Of a stretch of DNA of 64,000 bases, positions 25,177 to 35,760 are shown piece by piece. A program made the position numbers and the translations under genes. Position 1 is the stretch's first letter. Each line of letters begins with the position of its first letter. Under the pieces are notes generated by a model. The model was not told the origin of the DNA and ran no database searches. It worked only from the letters and a program-made list of their open reading frames with translations. The DNA is taken from positions 91,824,001 through 91,888,000 of the forward strand of contig CM052817.1 in NCBI GenBank assembly GCA_028534125.1, given 5' to 3'. Source of the stretch: Lama glama. Lineage: Eukaryota.

Positions 25177-25533
25177 TGTTAAATTAATTAAACAAAGACA
25201 CCACTAGATTGAGGTGCCCTAATACCTTAGCAACCGATGTAAGCAAACCCAAACCCAAGCCTTAATGCTTTGAGATGAAGAAATTCAAACCTCAGGACAG
25301 CCAATTACAGACAGCCAAGTATACTGTCCCAAATAAGGCAAACGTACAGGCTATAGCCAATCAAGTAATTTTCTTGTTTTGCTTCTGTCTCTTCTCTAGA
25401 AGAGCCCTCCCCCGGCTCCTGTCGGGCAGCCCTCCTCACCACTTCTAATTTGGCGCTTCCTGATTTGAATCGACTTCAGCTCAAATAAACTTTTACACAT
25501 TTTAATATGTCTCAGTTTTAATACCTTTCAACA
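25177..25533 (+). mobile_element. ERV1 (MER4-group-like) solo LTR
   Basis: TGTTAAA...TTCAACA inverted termini and a 4-bp TSD CCTG/CCTC. Contains CCAAT boxes, the CCAAATAAGGCAAAC motif and AATAAA near the 3' end. Confidence 0.8.
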
Positions 25534-25539
25534 CCTCCT

Positions 25540-25755
25540 TCACCCTGCTCTACTTTTAACTTTTCCACAGCACTTACAATGAACATACTGTATAATTTAT
25601 TATGTTTAATGTCTGCTAGAACGTAAGCTGCACAAGGGCAGGAATCTTTATCTTTTTCATGTACGGATATATTTTAAACACCTAGAAATTGTAAGCACCT
25701 AGAAGAGGGGCTGGCACACAACAGGGACTAAATAAACAGGTGTTTATTGAATCAA
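25540..25755 (+). mobile_element. LINE-2 3' fragment
   Basis: ACAGCACTTA...CTAGAACGTAAGCTGCACAAGGGCAGGAATC...CTGGCACACAACAGGGACTAAATAAA..TTGAAT. Confidence 0.7.
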
Positions 25756-27289
25756 TATTTATTTGCCATTAGAATCTAATTGCAACTGAGATTCTAGTTA
25801 AGCAATTGCCAAGTCTGCAGGCCAAGACCTGTTCATCTATTTGAAATATGTACTCCCACCCTCCACCCCTCAGGCTCCAAGCTGCTCCTGGTGTCCACAA
25901 AGCAGTGAGCTCTGACACTGCCAAACAATCACTGTCACTTGATAAAATCGAGGAGGAAGTAAAATATTTACTGAAGCAGAAACTCTGGGGGGCAGTAGCC
26001 CGAGTTGTTTTCACTTAACTAATGACATCCATTGACATGCCACCCTCATCTTGGTATTTATTTCAGAAGCAAAACAAGCCAGTGTAACAGTTTATCTGTG
26101 ATTCAAAAATATTCAAGATTTTTGTTAAATCTGCAAATTGTTTATATTGCTACTAACTCAAATGAGAAAAGAACCTCACTTAAATGGCTTTCCATCCTTA
26201 GATGGCTTCATGCCTTTGTTTTCAGTAAATGTTTGAGAACGAGCTTGAAAGTAGTCAAGAGAATAGAGACTAAAGAATAAAATTATACGGAAGCTGGGTA
26301 TCTCTAAGTTTCTCCCAGTTCCTGAGAGGTATTATTAGGGCAAATATATAATTTTTGCCCAAACCAAGATTAAGTGGCATCAACTGGATTTCTTGGGCAG
26401 ATTCTACATATGGTTATCTGAGCTATAATCAGCTTCTGTCACATTAGAAGATGGGAAAGGGCCAGCAAAGATTCGTGCATCTGAAATGTCAAAAGCACTG
26501 GGGTTTGCATCCTCCTCAGTTTGAATTCAGGAGTCACAGTTGTTGATCAAAATATTCATACTGACAATTTACACTAATTTCTCTAGTTTGTAAGTATCAG
26601 GCAAGACTGTTCAATAAATGACCTAGCAAATTAATCTATTTCTCCCCATTAGTTTCTGACTCTTTAGCATGACAATATCAGATACCCTGTTAAAGCAAAG
26701 GCCGTTCACGCTGTGTAACTGACGCGTTCTGATTCCTCCTCGGAGACGCATCTGTCTCCTTATCACCCCTCCCCGCCCGCAGCCCCCTTCTTCGCTCCAG
26801 CCAGGCCCCTATTTTTCAGTTCTTGCAGTACAATCAGTAGGTGAAAGAAGACCCTGATTTTCCAGAGGGACCAGGCAGTCTGAAAAGGTACGTCTTCAAC
26901 ATCATTAGCAGTTCATCTTCTAAAACCTCAGGGCAGCCCCTAGGCAGCCCCTCCTGCAATCCCCCTCCTCGCTCTGCCCGCCACCCCTCTCTTTTGGTGT
27001 CGGCTTATCAAATTAATGAAGCCTATCTCGACAGGAGGAAGTTGGGGTAGAAGACAGTGGCTTAAGAGCAATTCAATGCAAGCCCCTCCCTCCCTTCAAA
27101 AAAATAATGGGGGAAAAATCAGAATTTCTTTCTCTTAGGAGGGAAAGAGAAAGGGGAAATGGTATTGGGGGTGGGGTGGGGGTTGTTGCGACTGTCTCCG
27201 AGTTCCTGATGGAGGAGATGTCTATTTACTTTCCCCGACTGAACATCTGCATGTTAAAAAGGCGGAGTTCCTTTGTGGGCAGGATTTAG

Positions 27290-27635
27290 CTGGGCCGCGT
27301 TTCCCACTTGACAGAGCAGAGTGCAGGGTGACGACTCCAGGTGAAGGATAAAGCAACTTCCTGCGACCTCCCCTCTTTTTATAAGACAGCCCCCTGTCTC
27401 ACACAGAGGATCTGGGAGACCAGGGTGAGATTTCCGCGACACCGGGCAGAGGGTTGGCGGCGGCAGAGAGCAGACCCCCACCTTCGGCCGCGGGCAGCGT
27501 GGGCTGCAGGCTCCCGGCGCAGGCTGTGCCTTTAGCGAGCGCCTCGCACTCCCCCAGATCCGGGGAGGCAGTTTTCAGCGCGAGGTACAAAACACATCAA
27601 CATCTCTCACCACGTCACTGACCTAAATATAGACA
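27290..27635 (-). promoter_or_regulatory. CpG-rich candidate promoter with a minus-strand TATA box and a CRE/RORE/MEF2 cassette
   Basis: About 20 CpG in 300 bp by hand count, in an otherwise CpG-poor window. Minus-strand TATAAAAAG at 27383-27375. CCACGTCA at 27610-27617, TGACCTAAATA at 27619-27629, CTAAATATAG at 27623-27632. No expression data. Confidence 0.5.
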
Positions 27636-30600
27636 ATGACTTCAAGGGAGAAACAAAAGTTGCACATTCTTTTCTACCTGCAAATGCGGCAGAGCTCTTC
27701 AAACAAGCACTGGCAATAAGGAACAATAGATCACCAGTCAGATGTGAAGGGAGAAGGGGAGAGACGGGTGTTCTAGAATGATTGCTGTGATAAGGCCATT
27801 ACAGTTGCTCAGCTTAACATCAATCCTCATTTGTAACCCGGGGTCCTGATGTTGCTTTGGGAGTGGTTTTGTGTCCCCGCCAGCTTTTCCACAGGAGCCC
27901 TGCCAGAGAAGAGAACCATGTGCCACAGGTCTCCCTAGTTAAAGGAGTCTGGTCTCTTCACTGTGCAGGGCAGGTCTCTGATTCAAAGAAAGGGGCCGCT
28001 TGATGGGGGAAGCCATTTCCTTCCCTTCCTGTCTGAGAAGAATACATGCTGTCAGCTTCTTTGTTGCTTTTGAGCAGCTCCCCCAGAAGCCCCTTTTAGC
28101 CATCCCCAATCTTTGCCTTTCACTTTAGCATCCCAAGTGAATGCCCTCTTCCCCATCATTTTAGGCAAAACCTTACTAAGGACTTGGGAAAGCCGGCGTG
28201 GGGTAGCTGACTTGGTTATACCACGAGGGGTGTCAGGAAAGGTTACTTTTCCCTCACAGGATGAACCTGCGTTGGGTAGAGTCTTTTAATGCCATGTTCA
28301 TAAGAGTGCTTACCTTTTTATTAACTTGGGGATTATTCACCTGCTGGGTGAACAGAAGGGCCATATTAGAAGCTTTTATGAACACGAATCCCATAACTAG
28401 GGGCCTTGGGAAAGATATCTGAACAAAACATTAAGTATGGATAGAACAGTGTCGTCAGCAATTAGCGTGCAATTGTGGGCAATCAATCGCTAAAGAGAAG
28501 TCACGTGTCTCTCCCATATTTCTACGGGTCTTCCTGTTCACTCAGGCAACTATCTGCATAAGAACAGCCTGTGTGGAGGCTCCCTGAGTGTAACATAATT
28601 GCCTGCTGTTAGGGAACCAGCAAGCCACTTCGGGCTTAAGCCATCCACAAGTCCGGTATTTCAGTATCTGGCTGATACACAAACTCCTGCTCTTTTGCGT
28701 TAGCAAAGCATCCAAACCTGCAGCCATCAGTTTGTTTCTTCAGAGAATATATACATGTTTTTGTTGGAACATGTTACACCTTCACAAAGAGAGCCCTATC
28801 CCTTGGGAAATAATAATGGGAAATACCAAAACACATCGCACACAAGAGAATTTAAGGATACAAAAGACAGGAATACAAATGAAATAAAATAAAAAACGTG
28901 GAAGAATCCCAACAAGAGTGGAGGACAAAAAGAAAGTAAGCCAGAAGCTCTAATTAAAAACAATAACAATGAAGAAAAGGTTTTGTCCACAGCAGACCTG
29001 TATCTGCCCAAGGTTACTACAGTCTCTGCACATGATAGTCTGGGTTTCAACATCTCTGTGGCTTCCCTGGCATGATGAATCCTCTGCTGCTTGCTGCTTT
29101 TCTCAAAAATAAGGCTGATCGAGGAGAGGGCATGGAAAATAGGGAGCTACATGTTCTCAGAATGAAAGGCACCTGGAAGGTGATGGAAAAATGGCTCTGG
29201 ACTTCAAATACCAGTGTTGGGTTATCACAACCAGAACAGGAATCTAGGTGCTCTGTGATTTGTAAAAGATTCCCAGCAATGCCCTTCAGGAACAAAGCTT
29301 GACTGCTGGTGGTTTCTAAAAAGAATTGGGTTCAGGTGAAGGTACTGAGAGATACACGGTAACAGGGAGGTCTTCAGAAAATCTGCTTTTACTGGGTTTT
29401 GGCTTCCCTACATAGACCCTTAGAAATACACTGTGTAGGAGAGGTGCATGCAAATTAAAAATTACCAAGGACTAGAGGAAAAGAATAGACAATAATTTGG
29501 TCAAGAAGAAATATGCCCAGAATCATTTTTTTCCAATCCAATATCTTTGTTAATTAAGCATTTTCCAACCTCTGCTCAGAATACTAATGGTAATCTAACA
29601 CTATACTACTCATGACTAATAAAACATATTTATGAAATGGAAATATAATGTGCCTATTTCCAAAATGTGGTTATAAATGACTTACTGTAAGTCCCAATTT
29701 AAAATGGTTTGAGAAATGAGTCTTTAATAAAGAATTGATGAGAATGATGACTGCTGATAATAATTCTATTTGGTGATATTACATGGTTTGCTATGGCAAT
29801 TTGAGCTGAGGTGATTGCCTCAAAAATTACTGCAAGTAACTAATATAGGGAAATTTAATTGATGATAAATATAGTGGTGGTATGTCAACTCTTGAAAAAG
29901 TGAGCATGTAATTGAAGAATCCAGCATCGTCTTGTCTGCTGATTACAGTGCCATTACAGTGCTGTCAGAATGTTATTCGTCTGACGTCTCTGCACATAGT
30001 AGGGATTTAAAGGTGAGTGAATAAGCACCTATAATTATTCCTCAATATGGAATCCTATACGCAATTATAGTTCATCATAAACCCATTAACATTTAGAAAA
30101 AACAATTATCGTATGGCTCAGAATAGAGCCATAATGGTGTTTGTAATCGTCAGTTAAATGGATGTTCAGCATGGTTAGAAAGCCCTGACACTAGGGCAGG
30201 AGGATCGAGCCTGAGCTTTTTAACAGGAGGGAAGAAAACACTCAAGCAAACTACTGAAGCTCACTTCTTTTTTAGTGGTATTACTCCACTCATAGGTCGG
30301 GATGTCTTGACTTGAGCAAAGCATTCGACGTAACTTCTTTCACTGTCCTTTTGAACAAAGAGAGTTAAGTCTATGAGCAGACCTACAGAGATATCGTATA
30401 CACGTATAATCTTACTATAAACACTAGGCACCGTCTAAGGCCATGGAAAGCCACAGAAAAAACAGAACCCTGTGCATCAAGGAGCTGAAAAGCCTAGAGG
30501 GCCCAAAAAATGAACAAGCAGTGAAATGCAACATAGTCAGTGATAAATGTTGCAATGATTGCGTGGAACAGGTGCTTCAAGGAGATGGAAGTGGGCCAGG

Positions 30601-30856
30601 GAAGGCTTTGCAGAAGAGGCAATTCTCTCTCTCACTTTTTTAAAGTGTATTTTAATTGCTGATTAATTATGGTCTTTATAACATCAAAACAAAAATAGAC
30701 ATGGGATGTTGGCTTCAAGGGTTAGTTATGGGGTGGAAACCTCTGGTGTACACCCCTTCATGGTCCTGACGGAGCTTAAGAGGTGGTTCATTCACCAGAA
30801 GTCGTTTTATTTTTGCTTTTACTCTTCTTAACTCTGTTCATTTGTGCATGCATCTT

Positions 30857-31245
30857 TTTTTTCTTCCAGTTTTATTGAGTATAATTGACATACAGCACTG
30901 TATGATATTAAGTTGTACAGCATAATGATTTGACTTACATATATTATGAAATGGTTACCATAAAAAGTCTAGTTAACATCCATCATCTCATATGGATACC
31001 AAAAAAAAAAAAAAAGAGAGAGAGAGAAAAGGAAAAAAAGATTTTTTTCCTTGCGATGAGAACTCTTGGGATCTACTCTCTTAACAACTTCCAAATTAAC
31101 CACACTGCAGTGTTAACTGGTCATCATGTTGTACATTACATCCCCAGTTCTTAAATATCTTATCATTGGAAGTTTGTACCATTTAATCACCTTCGTACAA
31201 TCCTCTCCCATCCCTGTGACCTCACACCCACCTCCAGTCTGATCT
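30857..31245 (-). mobile_element. LINE-1 3' end (L1MA9-like), inserted among L2 remnants
   Basis: T-tail followed by CCAGTTTTATTGAGTATAATTGACATACAGCACTGTA...TTCCTTGCGATGAGAACTCTTGGGATCTACTCTCTTAACAACTT. L2-like sequence lies at about 30400-30620 and 31245-31520. Confidence 0.9.
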
Positions 31246-31949
31246 AAGAGGTGATTCTTGAGTTAAGCCTTAAAAGACAAGTAGAAGTTTATGAGTCAGA
31301 GAAAACATGGCCAGAACCTTCCAGGCAGAGAACTAGACTGTGGAAGACAGGAAGAACATGTGTGTTTGAGGACCTGCAGACGATGTGCGGTGGTGGGGTG
31401 GGGGCAAGGGGAAGGAGATGAGACTGCTAAGGTTGACAGGGGGCAGGTAATGAAGTTGGATGACATATCACAGGGTCTGGATTCTCCTGTGTGCTGATGG
31501 ACAACCCCTGAAGGAATTTTACCCTCTTTTTATATTAATGATTTGAATACTGGCATAGTAAGCAGAAGAATTACAACTACAAGGAAAAAAATAAATCATT
31601 ACCAGGCCATGAAAGATAAGTATTAATACTCAAACACAGATGCATAAACACTAGCCTTTCTTGTATTGTGTTAGGAAGATCTTGTCTAAATGTGATTTAT
31701 ATTAAAATATTTGAAACTTTTAATTGATGCAAACTCTTTTAGCCTGCAGACATGGTGTGATCATTTTTATCGAACTTGGTGTTGGTCAAATGACATGTGG
31801 GGTTTTGTATCCAGATCTGGGAATCTCTGGGGAAAAGACAGCATGTCAGAAAGAGGATAGCCTTTGTGGCAAAGGGGCAGGTAATCATTCTAATACAAGG
31901 AATAGTGGAAGGAACTGGGAATGTCCAAGTTGGGAAAGAGAAAATGGAG

Positions 31950-32222
31950 AAACATGAAAGATTTTCGTTTGTTCTCTATGGAAAAAGGAGTAGGTTTACC
32001 CTGTGTCACAAGAGAAGAACTAGGTGGCCGTTATATGGAAATAGATTTCAGATGAATGCAAGGAATAACACTCAAATCATTCCATATCCAGAAAATGAAA
32101 ATGGATGACAAGCAAGGATTCAGCTATCCTGACAAAGAACAGTTTTAAGGGAGAATCCTGCTCTTGGCAAGAGGTTGAACTGAGTGACCTTGACTGTCCT
32201 TTTTAACCATAGATTCTATGAA
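31950..32222 (+). mobile_element. L3/CR1 3' fragment
   Basis: AGATTTCAG..AAGGAATAAC, and the CR1-like terminus GGTTGAACTGAGTGACCTTGACTGTCC..TAACCATAGATTCTATGA. Confidence 0.6.
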
Positions 32223-34825
32223 ATGGCAATACATCCTGGCTCTATCAGCAATATATCTGTAATTTCAAAATAACCAATGATCCTGTTCAATTTACATGCC
32301 TAGAAATCTTAAGTTCTTGTTAAAATAATCAACTGTTTTTGCACATTGTGCTAGTTTTTGAGGAAGATTAAAAAAATAAGACATGATCCTCTCATCTCTC
32401 CTCTCCTCAAGGAGGCAAGGCAGCACCATGGTTTTCTGCACAATTAACGACCTTTTATGAAACTGGGGCTTGATCCCACCTTGCCATTAATTAGGAAGCA
32501 GAAATCATTCAGAAATAGTTTTATTAACAATGGAGCTTTTAACATACCTTGAGGATCCACAGGATTCCCTGAGTTATGAAACCATAATAATAAAAGTGAT
32601 ATTGAAGGAGTGTTTAGAGCGTATCAGGTGCTCCACATTCTGGCTGCTCTGCTATAAGGAGATTATCAAAAATATTGAGAAGTTTTCTTTTTCAAATTTG
32701 TACCAATGATACAATCATGATCACCAAAACCCCTCAGAGAACAGAGGAGGTTTCCATTTTCATAAGCAAGGGATAGTCGATGAGGTCATAGTGAGGAGGT
32801 TTCCAATTACTTGTTACTAAACCACTAGAAGTATCAATTTCACACACCAGAGATCCATTTCCACCTATTATTTATTATAAATGCTTCAGGGTAAAAATTA
32901 ACTTTTAGATTGCTGTTTTACATTTTTTAAAATGATTTTTAAAAGCCCAAATGATTCTTTGATTCTATTTGGGGAAAAATAATCAACACTTAGAATCTTA
33001 AAAAGTGAAAAATTGAATTAGCCAAACATTTTAAGATTTATCAACACCAAGTCCCAAACCCAAACCCAAGGTCCTAATAAGAGCCTTCAGGATTAGACAC
33101 TCTCATCTCACTGTGGTCAGTTTTCCGGCATGATAAATACGCCGCTTCCTGCTTATTAATAAAGGCATGTTACATAGCAGCATCTTCTAACACTGGCCAA
33201 GAGGCTGTGGCCTTCCTGATTCCAGTGACCAAGGTGACAACCAGAAGAGTACTTCTCACCTGACAAAGGTACCAAATGTATGTATACACTGGAGTGTAAA
33301 TTAGACCCGAGCCTGGGATCACCTTCTGTGTGTGGCCAAAGCCGAGATTCTGAGCATGTGGCCAGGAGAGAAAAAAAATCAATCAAACAGAACATGATAT
33401 CCTAAGGAACAAAGGGCGGCACCATCCCTGGGAGTTGATTTCCCCACATATTCTAATCAGAATTGTTTTCCTCCAAATGTGCAGGAGGCTTGAGGGAGGA
33501 GTTGGCTGTACCTCTCACTCCCTGGAGAGAGAAGAGACAGTAAATACAGCAGGAGTTTTGCCTGGTACCTTTTTATGAAACCTGCAGCCTTGAAAGTCAG
33601 GATGTGCAAAAAGTTATTACTTAACAATAAAAAAAATTTTTTTTAAAGGAAAAGCCTTCAGATTCACATGAAAACACATAGAAAAGAAGGGGTCCAAGTG
33701 ATCCCATAATCTGTGTAAACGAATGATCTTAAAGGTTATTTGTCAGTAAGTTTAAGTTATCTGATATTTGGATGGGTCATCCTTCTGTAACCAGCATGGG
33801 TTCTTCCTCTTAAATTTTAAATAATAACCTTGGAAGAAAGGAAACACATCTCATTTATTTCTAGTTAAGAAAAACAACAACAGGCCAGAATATAATAGTA
33901 ATTTATGATTTTGCTGGTGTATTATCATCCAGTAATAAGTGCAACTTGAAACTGCCAATTATCTCATAAGAGGGGTATCACCTTTTCTGTTGTGAGTGAC
34001 TACATCAATAAAGGCAGGTTCAGCTCTCTCCCAATTCCGTCATGTCACCAGCAGCTTTTTAGCAGCTGAAACGTGCCGGGCAGCACAGAGGGGAAAAACA
34101 AAAACAGCCAAGCCACAGTCAAGTTAGCCCAGCTTCTGGTTCGGGAGAGGGGCCGGAGGCAGACAGAGAAGGCCAGGGGGAGGGGAGCAGCGTGGAATCG
34201 CCTGGAGCAGTCGGTAGGTCACACGCACGCGGTGCTCGGCAGCAAACTCAGTTTACAAAGAGACATCTGTTCCATTACTCCAATGCATTGTGGCTAATTA
34301 CATCCTGGCCCGTCTGTGAAATGACAGCCACTTATTCTCCAGTGAACCGTAAAATCTGTACATGTTCGATTTGGGGAGTGGGGAGCGGGGTGTGGAGGCT
34401 GGAGTGGGAGGCCAGGGGAGCAGCCAAGGGGAAAGAGAAAAGGCAGGAGAAAACCCAAGAAATAAGGTCTTCTTCCCGCAAGATGATAGTGGTTCTCGCG
34501 GAGAGATGATGTTTCAACTCCCCAAGTTTAAGAGCGGAGAATTTGTTTTCGCAGCTGTTGCTTTTCCTTCCTCTTCCGAGGCGGCAGTGCCCAGAGCTGG
34601 TCGGGACGGTCTTCCATCACCATTACCCCGGGGTTGCAGCTTGGGGACAAACCGACTTGCCCATTTGCTTCGGTCTCCAGGGGCTTATAAAGAGAGGCAG
34701 CTGGCCTGAACCAGGGTGAGGCTGCTGATGGGGTGGGGGTGGGGGTTCCCCTTGAAGCTGTTTAGAAAAGCGAATAGCTGTATCCATCATCACGCGGAGA
34801 CACTGCCTGAGAGGGAGGTGTCTTT

Positions 34826-34990
34826 TTTGTTTTATTTCCTTTTTTTCTTTTAATTTTTTAATGGGGAGAGGTAATTTTTTTTAGGTTTATTTATTTGTTT
34901 ATTTTTTCTTAAGCAAAGGTACTGGGAATTGAACCTAGGACCGTGTGCATGCTAGGCACGCACTCGATCACTGAGCTATAACTTTCCCCC
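34826..34990 (-). mobile_element. vic-1-type camelid SINE
   Basis: The minus strand reads GGGGGAAAGTTATAGCTCAGTGATCGAGTGCGTGCCTAGCATGCACACGGTCCTAGGTTCAATTCCCAGTACC plus an A-rich tail. TSD GAGGTGTCTTT / GAGGCATCTTT. Confidence 0.92.
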
Positions 34991-35609
34991 AGAGGCATCT
35001 TTGATAGCCGGCGGGTGAGAGTGAGCTGTCTGAAGAGTGGGAAGAAATCTACACCAGGGATTTTCTAAGAGGAAAAATCAGTGAAAGAAGCTGGAGGGTG
35101 GGGGTGGGGGTGGGGTGGGGGGGTGGAATATGCTCCCTCTGCTTTTGGTGGAAATTAAAACTTTATCCTGACAAAGATCCAAAATCACTTTGGTCACTTG
35201 GTGACAGGTATAAAGGAAACAGAAACGGAAAATACAGCACACTGCCATTTTGGAATTAGACTTTAATCCACTGTGGGTTTTAATAGGCAAACTTATCTTC
35301 ATTCCCACACAAAAGCTTTCTGCCAGAGGATGTACACTCTTCTGTGGTATGGGCATCTATTTTAAACAACTGATGATATTAGGGGTTTCTAGTGTGGTTA
35401 AACATCGATCTTTCTTCCCCTTGGAACGATACTATCTTCCATGGGTCACAATTGCTGGCTGGAAAGAGCTGGAAGTTCTTCAGAGGGGAGGGTTACCCTG
35501 TAGCCTCTGCTTGCTGCCACCACTAGACGCAGCCTGGTCCTGCTCTTGAAAACCCAGACTGCCACACCCGTCTGCAAGGCCTGGGCATCCCCCGTGCCAT
35601 CTGTACAAC

Positions 35610-35760
35610 AGTGCTTTTCAAGCTTGGAGGTACATAGCAATCACTGGGCCTGTGGTAAAACACAGATTTTAATTCAGTAGGTCCTGAGTTGAGGCCTGAG
35701 TGTCTGCATTTCTAACAAATTCCAAAGTGAAGTTAATGCTGCTGGCTTCGTGGAGAGCAG
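35610..35760. mobile_element. MER5-family fragment
   Basis: CAGTGCTTTTCAAGCTT..AAAACACAGATT..ATTCAGTAGGTC..GGCCTGAGTGTCTGCATTTCTAACAA..TAATGCTGCTGG. Confidence 0.75.
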
